This document shows, one piece after another, positions 1-9,102 of a stretch of 29,769 nucleotides of DNA. The position numbers and the translations under genes were made by a program. The notes beneath the pieces were generated by a model. It did not search any database. It saw only the letters and a program-made list of their open reading frames with translations, and was not told the origin of the DNA. The DNA is from an uncultured Pseudomonadales bacterium (GTDB lineage: Bacteria > Patescibacteriota > Microgenomatia > UBA1400 > PJMF01). The first letter of the stretch is position 1. Every line of letters starts with the position of its first letter. The stretch is from NCBI GenBank assembly GCA_964596995.1, contig CAZQWI010000001.1, forward strand, positions 1 to 29,769. The letters are read 5' to 3'.

Positions 1-2
1 AC

Positions 3-416
3 GATATTAAACAAACCTGGGAAGCCGGCATGGTTTTGTTAGGCCATGAAGTAAAGAGTTTACGTCTTAAACACGCAAGTCTAGAAGGTAGCTACATAAA
101 AATTCTTAATCAAGAAGCTTGGCTAATCAACGCCAACATTAATCCCTATCGTTACTCCAATCTGGAAAACTATGATCCAAAAAGAACAAGAAAGCTTTTA
201 TTAAGTAAAAAAGAGATTTATCAACTGATTGATGCTACTCAATCAAAAAAACAAACTGTTGTACCACTAGAGTTCTTTCTTTTCAGAAATATGATTAAGA
301 TAAAAATCGGTGCTGGAAAAGGAAAAAAGGAATTTGAAAAACGATCAGAAATAAAGAAAAAAGACCTAAAAAGACAGATGTCAAGAGAATTCAAAAGCTC
401 TAATTTAAAGATTTAA
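3..416 (+). CDS. smpB: SsrA-binding protein SmpB (5' truncated by window edge)
   Basis: Frame is open from base 3 (DIKQTWEAGMVLLGHEVKSLR). SmpB motifs EAG.VL.G.EVKSLR, PKRTRKLLL and GKGKK.FEKR are present. Confidence 0.95.
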   Translation, partial: DIKQTWEAGMVLLGHEVKSLRLKHASLEGSYIKILNQEAWLINANINPYRYSNLENYDPKRTRKLLLSKKEIYQLIDATQSKKQTVVPLEFFLFRNMIKIKIGAGKGKKEFEKRSEIKKKDLKRQMSREFKSSNLKI

Positions 417-436
417 TTATACGGCGCAACACTTCT

Positions 437-1945
437 ATGAGTTTGATAAAAAGAAACTGGCACTATATTTTTTATAGTTTACTATGCTTGTTACTGATCT
501 TTTTTTTAGCTACTCCCATTAGAATGACGGCTGTCGATCTTGGCAGACACATTGCCAACGGGCGAGAGATATTTTCAGGAAATACAAATGTGCTTTTCCA
601 AAACCATTACTCATATAGTATGGAGACTCAGAAATTTACTAATCATCACTGGTTATTTGGGATACTTGTTTTTATTCTTGAGCAAATAGTCGGATTTGCT
701 GGAATCCACATCTTTAATATTTTTGTTTTAATAATGACACTGCTGATTTTGCTTAAATTGATTGAAAAAAATGGTAATCCTGCAATAGCCTCTTTGCTGG
801 GAATACTTGCCGTTATGTTTTTTGCAACAAGACCTGAAATTAGACCAGAAACAGTTGGTCTCTTATTTGTAGCAAATTCATTACTCCAAATTTCAAATAT
901 TATTGCAACAAAGAAGATTTCACGCCTACAAATGATTTTTCTGCTGCTGCAACAACTATTGTGGACAAATACCCACATCACATTTATTTTTGGAATTTTT
1001 TTGATCGGTTTACTTTGGTTTTCATCTTACATTTTACATAGTCCAAAACTCAACTCAACAACAAACAAAAAGCTTTTACTCCTCACAACTCTTCTTCCAT
1101 TAATCTCTATAATCAATCCAAATTTAATACAAGGAGTTCTTGAGCCTTTTAATATCTTTGTAGATTACGGATACAGTATTGTTGAAAATCAAACTCTGTT
1201 GTTTTTATGGAAAGTGATTGCTCATCCGACTTTTTTTCAATATCTTTTCTTTATGTCATTTGCTGTACCAATTTTTTTTTGGAGTTTTTCTCGCCTATCT
1301 TGGTTTGAACGAATCTTATTTGTTGTTGGCTCGATTATGGGTTATTTAGCACTAAGAAACATACCCATATTCGCGTTGTTTACATTTCCAATAACGGCTA
1401 AAGGCTCTTTATTATTTTTAAAAGCCGTCCAAAAAAAACATGCTTTATCATTCTCAAACAAGTCAATTGTTCTACTTTTTTCTCAACTTTATTTTCTGGT
1501 CAGCATCATTTTTCTTTCGGGACTCAATCCACAGCGAGCTACAATTATTAATCGTAAGATAGGAATAATTCCCGAAGAACAAGAGGCAGCTAAATTCATC
1601 AAAAATAACAACATCTCAGGACCAATTTTTAATAACTATGATATTGGTAGTTATTTAATCTACCATCTTTACCCATCTCAAAAGGTTTTTGTAGACAATA
1701 GACCGGAGGCCTACAGTAAAGATTTTTTACAAAATACCTATATAAAAATGCAACAGGATTCCAAAAAATGGAATGAGGTTGTAGAAAAAAACCAAATTAA
1801 AACAGTTATTTTTGGCATTCAAGACATCACCCCCTGGGCCCAAGAGTTTCTTCACTTTATTGAAGATCAACCTCATTGGAATAACATCTACAGAGATCCA
1901 TATGCGTCAATTTGGATAAAGAAAAATAATACAGAACCATCTTGA
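437..1945 (+). CDS. Polytopic membrane protein, GT-C (PMT/ArnT-like) glycosyltransferase-like
   Basis: Many hydrophobic segments. DLGRH in the first loop after TM1, plus RPE, W.N.H..F..G, NP and a soluble C-terminal domain with FVDNRPEAY. Layout resembles GT-C fold proteins (inference). Confidence 0.55.
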   Translation: MSLIKRNWHYIFYSLLCLLLIFFLATPIRMTAVDLGRHIANGREIFSGNTNVLFQNHYSYSMETQKFTNHHWLFGILVFILEQIVGFAGIHIFNIFVLIMTLLILLKLIEKNGNPAIASLLGILAVMFFATRPEIRPETVGLLFVANSLLQISNIIATKKISRLQMIFLLLQQLLWTNTHITFIFGIFLIGLLWFSSYILHSPKLNSTTNKKLLLLTTLLPLISIINPNLIQGVLEPFNIFVDYGYSIVENQTLLFLWKVIAHPTFFQYLFFMSFAVPIFFWSFSRLSWFERILFVVGSIMGYLALRNIPIFALFTFPITAKGSLLFLKAVQKKHALSFSNKSIVLLFSQLYFLVSIIFLSGLNPQRATIINRKIGIIPEEQEAAKFIKNNNISGPIFNNYDIGSYLIYHLYPSQKVFVDNRPEAYSKDFLQNTYIKMQQDSKKWNEVVEKNQIKTVIFGIQDITPWAQEFLHFIEDQPHWNNIYRDPYASIWIKKNNTEPS

Positions 1946-2006
1946 TAAATTTGCTTGACTAGGCTTTAATAGATACTAAGCAAACAGTAATAATTATTAT
2001 CAAACT

Positions 2007-2267
2007 ATGCCCAAAAAAGTATTCTGGCCAGCCTCATTAGCAGTTATGGGTTTCATTCTTCTAAGCTCAAATTTAGGATTACTGCCCCACAACCTCTGGA
2101 ATCTGTGGCCAATTATATTAATTGTTGTTGGCCTTGGCGGTCTAATTACTGCCGATAGAGATGAGTGGCTCTGCGAAACACCAAAAAAAACAACCAAGAA
2201 AAAAAGTGCTGTTAAAACAGCCTCAAAATCAAAATCCAAGAAGAAGAAAGCTTCAAAAAAGAAATAA
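2007..2267 (+). CDS. Small membrane protein, LiaF-TM/DUF5668-like, with Lys-rich tail
   Basis: Two TM helices with G.ILL..NLG...W.LWP.ILIVVG pattern, followed by a K/S/T/A-rich C-terminus. Confidence 0.7.
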   Translation: MPKKVFWPASLAVMGFILLSSNLGLLPHNLWNLWPIILIVVGLGGLITADRDEWLCETPKKTTKKKSAVKTASKSKSKKKKASKKK

Positions 2268-2303
2268 GTTCATCTATTTTTTTGTTAAATATAACAATCG
2301 ACA

Positions 2304-3017
2304 ATGAAACAATCTGTAAATAATTTTCAGATAGCTATAGATGGGCCTGTTGCAGCCGGCAAGGGAACCATCTCTAGACTAGTGGCAGACAAATTAGGAT
2401 TTTTGTACGTCGATACTGGAGCGATGTATCGAGTAGCTGCTTTAATTGGCATCAGAAATCAAATTGATCTTAATAATCAGGATGGTCTGTATCCCATTGT
2501 TCAAAATGCAACAATTCAAATGAGAAATCCTACTGGTGATGAAAGAGATGGACGTCTCACTACTGTAATCTTAGATGGAGAAGATGTTTCTTGGAATATT
2601 CGCACAGAAGAAATCAGTCAAGGTGCTTCAAAAGTTGCTGTTCATCCCAAAATAAGAAGTGTCTTGGTTAAAAAGCAACAAATAATAGCAGAAAGTCAAA
2701 ATGTTGTGATGGAAGGAAGAGACATCACCTATCGAGTTTTACCAGATGCTAATTTAAAAATTTATCTGACAGCCAATGATGTTGTTAGAGCAAAACGCAG
2801 ACACCACGACATATTAACCAAAGGAGTTAGTATTAGCTTTGAAGAAGTATATAAAGATTTGTTAGAGAGAGATTATCGAGATCAAACCAGAAGCGTTGAT
2901 CCTCTGCAGATTGTTCCAGAAGCTTTGGTAATTGATACCAGCGATCTTTCGATTGAGCAGGTGGTTGCACTAGTAGTTTCCAAAGTTGAGTTAATGTTTA
3001 AAGACCGAGTCAGTTAG
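2304..3017 (+). CDS. cmk: Cytidylate kinase, bacterial type
   Basis: IAIDGPVAAGKGT P-loop, YVDTGAMYR, VVMEGRDI, KIYLTA..RAKRR and RD.RDQTR..DPL. Confidence 0.95.
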   Translation: MKQSVNNFQIAIDGPVAAGKGTISRLVADKLGFLYVDTGAMYRVAALIGIRNQIDLNNQDGLYPIVQNATIQMRNPTGDERDGRLTTVILDGEDVSWNIRTEEISQGASKVAVHPKIRSVLVKKQQIIAESQNVVMEGRDITYRVLPDANLKIYLTANDVVRAKRRHHDILTKGVSISFEEVYKDLLERDYRDQTRSVDPLQIVPEALVIDTSDLSIEQVVALVVSKVELMFKDRVS

Positions 3018-3023
3018 CCAAAT

Positions 3024-5453
3024 TTACAAAATATTGTCTCTTTCTCCTGGAGGCAATTCAGGATTTTTACGAGGAAAACTTTGCCAGTTGCATGACTTAG
3101 TCGGTTGCTGTCCATCCACAAACACTTCTTCAACTATCAGGGGACACTCTTTACAAGGTAAAGTTCTAGTGGTGGCACAGATCTTTATTTTCACCAATCC
3201 ATCAGGAAGCTCAAACTGATGTGGATTATTATCATCAAGCAATAATCTCATTATTTCATTCCAGATTGGAGAGGCTCCCGTCATACCACTTGCTACATAG
3301 CTCATCGGAGAATTATCGTTATTGCCAACCCAACTTGCAACTAATCGCTCATTTGTAAATCCGATCGTCCAGTTATCTCTCAGCGAGTTGGTTGTACCTG
3401 TTTTCACTGCCACTTGTTGTTGAGGAATGTTAAGTAAAGAAAACTGTCCAAAAGTTGATGATCTAGCAATATTATCAGAAAGAATATCTGTAATTTGGTA
3501 TGCAACCAATGGCTCAACTGTTTGTAGCTGTTGGCAACTCTTTGGATCAGTGAAACAGGAGTTTCGGTAGAGAATCTCTCCCTTATTATCTCGTATTTCA
3601 ATAAATGGATCTAAAGCGACTGTGTAGCCTCCTGTGGCAAAAGTTCCATACAAAGTTGAAAGATCTGTCATCAACACTTCTCCAGCTCCCAAAGCCAATG
3701 ATAAACCAAATCGCGAGCTATCAGACCAAGTGGAAATACCCATCTCTTGACCTTTTTCTACCATGTTTTGCACACCAACACCTGCTAAAGTTTTAACAGC
3801 AGGAACATTTAACGAGTTAGCCAACGCTTGTCTCAGAGTAACCCTACCCCGAAACGTTCCATCGTAGTTCTGAGGAGAGTAAGGTCGACTTCCTGGTATT
3901 TGGTAAGTTATTGGCGAATCATCAACATAATCCCAAGGATTTTTTCCAGATTCAAAAGCTAGAGCGTAAACTAATGGTTTAATCGATGAACCAGGTTGTC
4001 TGGGTCTGACTGTCACATTTACTTGGCCATCATTCTCAAAATCAAAATAATTACGACTGCCAACCATCGCAAGAATTTCTCCAGTTTGAGGATTAGTGAC
4101 CAATGTCGCACCGTTGTTAATATTTAAATGACTAACCTTGTCAACTTGCTGAGTGACAATTTCTTGTGTTTTCTGCTGAAGATTTAAATCAAGAGTTGTT
4201 CTGACCTCTAACCCCCCCTTATTGAGCGTTTCCTCTCCAAATTTTTCAGCTAATAATTTTCTCACATACATCACAAAGTGCGGAGCCTTGATATCGACAA
4301 CATCTTGTCTAAAACTTAATTTCTCTTGTTTAGCATGATAAGCTTCTTCAATAGAGATATAACCATCCTCAACCATTCTGCGTAAAACCTCTTCTTGTCG
4401 GCGATGACTTAACTCAGGATTTGGCCCAAATGGAGTATAAGCCGAGGGTGCGGCTGGAAGTCCAGCCAAAAGTGAACTCTCAGCTAAAGTCAGTTCTCGC
4501 GCTGGTTTGTTGAAATAACGCCAAGCAGCCTCTTCAACTCCATAGGTAGAACCGCCATATGGCACCTGATTAAGATACATTTGCAAAATCTCCTCTTTAG
4601 AATATGTTCCCTCTACTAAAATAGAAAGAATTAGCTCTCTAATTTTTCTTTGCAAAGTTCTTTCCGAACCAACCAATCTATTTTTTACCAGCTGTTGAGT
4701 AATGGTTGAACCACCTTCAACCCTTTTTTTACTAATGTTTGTCCAAACAGCTCGAGCAATCCCCTTAGGAGAAAAACCTTGGTGATTGTAAAAGTTTTGA
4801 TCTTCAATCGCGATGGTTGCATTAATCATGTGCTGAGAGATTTGAGACAGTGGAACAATGGTTCTGTTTTCATCCTCATAAATTCTATAAAGCAGATGCC
4901 CATTTCGATCTAAAATTCTGGTAGTTATAATCTGTTGTTTTTCGGTTAACTCGGTTGGACTTGGCAAATCCTTAAAAATATTCAGGTAAACCCACCATGA
5001 GCTTCCCAGAATTAGTAAGGTGAAAAATACTGAAAAGTACAAAGAAAGAAATTTTTTGGAAAAAATATTTTTCAAAAAAACAAACCTTTTATTTTCGACT
5101 TTGTTTTTCTTGTGAGATGATCTTTTTAACTTTGTTTTTTTCTTTCGAATTATAAAGGGGATATAGCCAGTTATTTTTTTAACACTCTTTTTTAATCGTC
5201 GAGAGAGTTTTCTTTTCTTAATGAAAACAGTACTTTTAAATAGCTTGATTTTTCTAAAGATTTTTCTTTTTTTACGAACAACTCTGTTTTTGGATTGACT
5301 CAAACTTCTTTTTAGTTTTTTTATTTTTCGCTTAAAAGCTTTGGAGATTTTTCTCAGTTTCCTAAATTGTTTTGGAAGCAAACTATTATTAGTATTTTTC
5401 CTTTTTTTATTTTTTGTCTTATAGCTAGTATTTTTTCTCTTTTTTTTCACCAC
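3024..5453 (-). CDS. Class A penicillin-binding protein (PBP1A family), copy 1
   Basis: GT51 motifs ED..F..H.G, GGSTITQQLVKN, RKIRE and YLN. Transpeptidase motifs S..K (GSSIKP), S.N (SLN) and KTGT. One TM helix after a very basic N-terminus. Confidence 0.95.
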   Translation of the reverse strand: MVKKKRKNTSYKTKNKKRKNTNNSLLPKQFRKLRKISKAFKRKIKKLKRSLSQSKNRVVRKKRKIFRKIKLFKSTVFIKKRKLSRRLKKSVKKITGYIPFIIRKKKTKLKRSSHKKNKVENKRFVFLKNIFSKKFLSLYFSVFFTLLILGSSWWVYLNIFKDLPSPTELTEKQQIITTRILDRNGHLLYRIYEDENRTIVPLSQISQHMINATIAIEDQNFYNHQGFSPKGIARAVWTNISKKRVEGGSTITQQLVKNRLVGSERTLQRKIRELILSILVEGTYSKEEILQMYLNQVPYGGSTYGVEEAAWRYFNKPARELTLAESSLLAGLPAAPSAYTPFGPNPELSHRRQEEVLRRMVEDGYISIEEAYHAKQEKLSFRQDVVDIKAPHFVMYVRKLLAEKFGEETLNKGGLEVRTTLDLNLQQKTQEIVTQQVDKVSHLNINNGATLVTNPQTGEILAMVGSRNYFDFENDGQVNVTVRPRQPGSSIKPLVYALAFESGKNPWDYVDDSPITYQIPGSRPYSPQNYDGTFRGRVTLRQALANSLNVPAVKTLAGVGVQNMVEKGQEMGISTWSDSSRFGLSLALGAGEVLMTDLSTLYGTFATGGYTVALDPFIEIRDNKGEILYRNSCFTDPKSCQQLQTVEPLVAYQITDILSDNIARSSTFGQFSLLNIPQQQVAVKTGTTNSLRDNWTIGFTNERLVASWVGNNDNSPMSYVASGMTGASPIWNEIMRLLLDDNNPHQFELPDGLVKIKICATTRTLPCKECPLIVEEVFVDGQQPTKSCNWQSFPRKNPELPPGERDNIL

Positions 5454-5500
5454 AGTTGTTGGATTTTAACACGTCATAACTAAACATCTCAATATGTATC

Positions 5501-5532
5501 AAAAAGCATCCTAGTTTTCAGTAGGATGCTTT
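5501..5532 (-). terminator. Intrinsic terminator downstream of nrdJ
   Basis: 11-bp inverted repeat AAAGCATCCTA/TAGGATGCTTT (5503-5513 and 5522-5532) with an 8-nt loop, ending in a U run on the minus strand. Confidence 0.75.
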
Positions 5533-5567
5533 ATCTAAAAAAACTCGCTAATCGATATATTGACTCT

Positions 5568-7796
5568 TTAAAGAGGACAGGCTCCACTCTCACATTTGAG
5601 ATGTTCAAGATTAATATCTTCCAAAAGATCTTCATCGCCATCACTGGCCTCATTTATTTCTCTGATAACCTTCATAAAATCGTTGCTGGTAACCGATTCT
5701 TCTGGTTGATATTCATAAGCAGTTTCATCAATTTTTGGCATCAGGCTACAAGTTTTTATTAATGGTTGGTACTTCATCACCACCTCTTTATATTCATCAA
5801 AGGTAATATTTTGGGGATCATATTTGAGAGTATATGAAACCTGATTACCTGTATCTGGCAACGGCTTCCCTTTTTCGTCAATGCCAACGATCCAGTATTT
5901 TTCGAGTAACATTAACCATGTAAACTGATCTTCCATTGACGCCTCGCTGGCTGTAACCAACTTGTCACCCATGCCAATTCGGCATATTTCTGGTTGAGTT
6001 GGAAAACCAACCGCCACAGTACCCTGATAACTCTTTAGCTCCTTTATTGGAAACTTGTGTTTTTTATACTCCTCAACTACCTTATCGCCCTCCTTAAACT
6101 GTACCCAGCGCATATACTCTCTCATCGCTGGTAAATGAGCTCCCTCGGATAAAGCAAACAGTTTTGAGACTGTTCCAGAAGGCTTAATAGTTGTGTTGGT
6201 GTGAGGAACATTTGCCCCAATTTTTTTAGCATATTTTTTTGATTCATCCAAAACAGCCCTTTTGAAACGAGCAATGGTCTGCCAAAAATCCTGAGTTTTT
6301 TCTTCATTCACTAGATCTTTAAATGAGTAACCAAACTGGTTCCAAGCAAACTCATGGATGCCGGTCATCCCAACACCGATGCGATTGGTTCTTTTTACTT
6401 CTTTAGTGTAAAGACAGTCCATTTGATTAACTCTCATTAATGCGCGAACTGCAGCCCTGAAAGCTTCTTCGGCATCATCTATTGTTGGAGCATGATACGC
6501 CACTACGTCAGCAATAACGCAATAACCACCCAATAAGTTCAGCGAGATCTCACCACAAGGATTGGGAATTTGCGAGTAATATTTGGTGTTGGCTCGTTTA
6601 GCAACATCAGCCAACATTTTTGTAGTGCCATCTAAAGGTTGATACTTATTACTACTGGAAAACTTACCATCGGTATAACTGTCATATCCCTTATCATTCT
6701 GCACAAGTTTGTGTTGATTAACAAAGCCTGGCTCACCAGTTCTGTCATAATACTGCGCTTTAAGAATTGCGTCTAATACTTGTCTTGAATGTTGTGTTTT
6801 TTGCTTCCAAAACTTTTCATCGACCGCCACACTATTATTAGCTGACCAAAGATATCCACCTTTTTTTATTGATACAAAATCCAGAATATCTGGATCTGTC
6901 CATGTTTTTACCGCTATTCTTGCCGCCCTTCTAGCTCCTCCGACCAAAACACACTCTGACAAATAGTGATCAACAAATATTGTCTGCATCCAGGGCTTCA
7001 TACCTGCATTTTTGATGGTAGCTAATTTTAAAAATGCTTTCATTAATGGCTTGGGACCAGAAGCAGGTCGATTCTGCATGCCTCTTATGTATGAGCCTTT
7101 GGCCCTTATCTTTGAAAAGTCCAAGACCAACATATCATCTCTATATCGACGTTCATAAGCCATTGTTTCTAACTTTTCAACTGCCTGCGCCCAACCTTCT
7201 CTAGTATCAGGTAACTCAAACCAGTGCGCGTTTTGATATTTTTTCTTTGCTTCTTTAACACTTTCATCATCACCCCACTCAAAGTCTGGATGTTCATCAG
7301 ACAGCACAATTCGCAAAGAAGGCATATTATCCCAATCAACAACCATGAGATCATCATCATATGAACGACCAACTCCCGACCCATTCAACAATAGGTAAAA
7401 AAGTAAGTAAGAGGTTGAGGCAGTAGAGCAGTTTGTAAAAACCTCCATATTTCGTTCTGGCTGGGTTTCATCTCCATGCTGAAGATGGCGACCACTCATT
7501 AATAGTGAAGCGTTAGCTATGTGTCTGCGTAGTATTTCATATTCTTCTTTTCGATGTTCGGCATCTTTTTCTGGCACCAACAAACTGTTTCCCAAAGCTA
7601 CTCGATTCGCTACTTCAGACCATTTTTCAAGATTACCATTTTCATCGGTACGAAGATAGGTTCTTTTGGCAACAGCCCTGCCCAAACCCTTAGAAAGCTG
7701 GCGGTTAGAAAATTTCATTTGAACCTTGGGTAAAGTGTTTTTTGTTTTTGAGCTTGTTTTTTTTCTGGAAGTAGGTGTTTTTTCTTTATTGGCCAT
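5568..7796 (-). CDS. nrdJ: Class II (adenosylcobalamin-dependent) ribonucleotide reductase, monomeric RTPR-like
   Basis: TNC, GSGVG, PDTREGW, SGP.PL, VGG.RRAA, NPCGEI (thiyl Cys), RIGVGMTG, TIKPSGT and C-terminal CESGACP. Lies downstream of nrdR. ATG at 7796 is preferred over ATT at 7802. Confidence 0.9.
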   Translation of the reverse strand: MANKEKTPTSRKKTSSKTKNTLPKVQMKFSNRQLSKGLGRAVAKRTYLRTDENGNLEKWSEVANRVALGNSLLVPEKDAEHRKEEYEILRRHIANASLLMSGRHLQHGDETQPERNMEVFTNCSTASTSYLLFYLLLNGSGVGRSYDDDLMVVDWDNMPSLRIVLSDEHPDFEWGDDESVKEAKKKYQNAHWFELPDTREGWAQAVEKLETMAYERRYRDDMLVLDFSKIRAKGSYIRGMQNRPASGPKPLMKAFLKLATIKNAGMKPWMQTIFVDHYLSECVLVGGARRAARIAVKTWTDPDILDFVSIKKGGYLWSANNSVAVDEKFWKQKTQHSRQVLDAILKAQYYDRTGEPGFVNQHKLVQNDKGYDSYTDGKFSSSNKYQPLDGTTKMLADVAKRANTKYYSQIPNPCGEISLNLLGGYCVIADVVAYHAPTIDDAEEAFRAAVRALMRVNQMDCLYTKEVKRTNRIGVGMTGIHEFAWNQFGYSFKDLVNEEKTQDFWQTIARFKRAVLDESKKYAKKIGANVPHTNTTIKPSGTVSKLFALSEGAHLPAMREYMRWVQFKEGDKVVEEYKKHKFPIKELKSYQGTVAVGFPTQPEICRIGMGDKLVTASEASMEDQFTWLMLLEKYWIVGIDEKGKPLPDTGNQVSYTLKYDPQNITFDEYKEVVMKYQPLIKTCSLMPKIDETAYEYQPEESVTSNDFMKVIREINEASDGDEDLLEDINLEHLKCESGACPL

Positions 7797-7852
7797 AATC
7801 AACTTTCTAAAAAGGAGTCTGTTATTTAATAAATTTCTATAATGATCAATAA

Positions 7853-8311
7853 TTACTCAATTTCTTCTTCTATTTTTACCAGCTCTTGCTTAAAATCCTC
7901 GAGATCTTCAAAGTCTCTATAAACGGTAGCAAACAGTAAGTAACCAAGTTTATCAAGTTTTTTTAGTCGGTTAATTACTAAATTTCCTATCTGCCAACTT
8001 TTAATTTCCTTGGTATCACCCATTCTTAGTTTTTTTTCTACCTCAATAATTAACTCATCGATCTGCTCAAGAGTTACCGGTCTTTTCCAGGTGGCCTTAA
8101 TTAGACCTCTTTTGATCTTTTCTCGATCAAAATTTTCTCTGGCACCATCTTTTTTTACTACCTTTAGATCTAACCCCTCAACTCTTTCATAAGTAGTGAA
8201 TCTTCTTAAACAGTCTTCACATCTTCTTCTTCTGCGCACTACCTCACCATTCTCGGATTCTCTCGAGTCAATTACCACTGTATTATTGCTAAAACAGTAA
8301 GGACAAATCAT
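7853..8311 (-). CDS. nrdR: Transcriptional repressor NrdR
   Basis: CPYC...VIDSR...VRRRRRCEDC..RFTTYER Zn ribbon followed by an ATP cone (VVKKDG.RE.FDREKI). Confidence 0.97.
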   Translation of the reverse strand: MICPYCFSNNTVVIDSRESENGEVVRRRRRCEDCLRRFTTYERVEGLDLKVVKKDGARENFDREKIKRGLIKATWKRPVTLEQIDELIIEVEKKLRMGDTKEIKSWQIGNLVINRLKKLDKLGYLLFATVYRDFEDLEDFKQELVKIEEEIE

Positions 8312-8396
8312 ATTATTAGATAAGTGAGCAAAGATACTAATTGTTATTACCCTAAGTAGCCATTGTTAAGATACATTTACAGCTACATAGATAAAT

Positions 8397-8442
8397 CACA
8401 AGTTGTTGTATACAAAAATTGTTCTACACACAACTGCTTGTG
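8397..8442 (-). promoter_or_regulatory. Tandem NrdR-box-like operators
   Basis: CACAAGTTGTTGTA (8397-8410) and CACAACTGCTTGTG (8429-8442) start 32 bp apart, upstream of nrdR-nrdJ. Arms match CACWA-N4-TWGTG; the centres deviate from consensus. Confidence 0.7.
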
Positions 8443-8494
8443 GTTCGGTTTTGGTGAGGATAATAAGAATCTCACACTTTGGGGAGAGTGTCAA

Positions 8495-9055
8495 CTATAA
8501 CAAAAAGAGGCAAAAGATGTCAGAAATCAGTTTATTTTCTAAATTTAATCGAATAGCGAAATCTTTTTCAGATGTATCCAACTGCTTAATTAATGATTCT
8601 GATCGAATAATACTAGCTGCAAGAATTTCTTTTGCTGATTGATGATCAATCTTACTATGGCTAGACTCCAATTCAAGTAAATCAGAAATAGCTTGATGAA
8701 AATACTTCTGTGATTTTGTTAAAGCTACCAAAGCTTGTTTTTTATCTCCTTTTTCTAAAAGACCCTGAGCATAATCAAGACGTATTTGTCCATAAGAAAG
8801 TTGAAGTTCAATTTTTTTTGGTTTTGGAGAAACTGTGAGCAAAACTCTATCGGCAGCAGCTACCGCTGGATATAAAAGATGATCGGGCAAGATTTTATCG
8901 TTAAAATATAGTTTTTTTGAGGTAGCCAATACACCTTCATAAGATTGTGCCTGGCTAGTGGAAATTAAAGAGATTGAAAGCACTAAACCTCCAAATAACA
9001 AAGCAAAACAGCTAAAGAGTATTCTAATTTTTTTTGTTGTAAGTGTTAATTTCAT
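8495..9055 (-). CDS. DUF5667-like exported/membrane-anchored helical protein
   Basis: N-terminal TM, then ILPDHLLYP....DRVLL...KKIEL.L..G..RL..A pattern. ATG at 9055 is preferred because the longer start overlaps the upstream gene. Confidence 0.65.
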   Translation of the reverse strand: MKLTLTTKKIRILFSCFALLFGGLVLSISLISTSQAQSYEGVLATSKKLYFNDKILPDHLLYPAVAAADRVLLTVSPKPKKIELQLSYGQIRLDYAQGLLEKGDKKQALVALTKSQKYFHQAISDLLELESSHSKIDHQSAKEILAASIIRSESLIKQLDTSEKDFAIRLNLENKLISDIFCLFLL

Positions 9056-9102
9056 AAAATATCCAGCAAATGCCCAACTGTTGCATGATAATCCAAAACG
9101 AC

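Noticed and set aside
1-436. tmRNA next to smpB
   Set aside because: No tmRNA tRNA-like ends were found in the window; it could lie outside.
1943-1945. Genetic code 25 (TGA read as Gly)
   Set aside because: Long genes have no internal TGA under code 11, and TGA ends this gene before a plausible intergenic region.
5568-7802. Intein or intron in nrdJ
   Set aside because: RNR motifs are continuous, length is normal, and no intein or LAGLIDADG signatures were seen.
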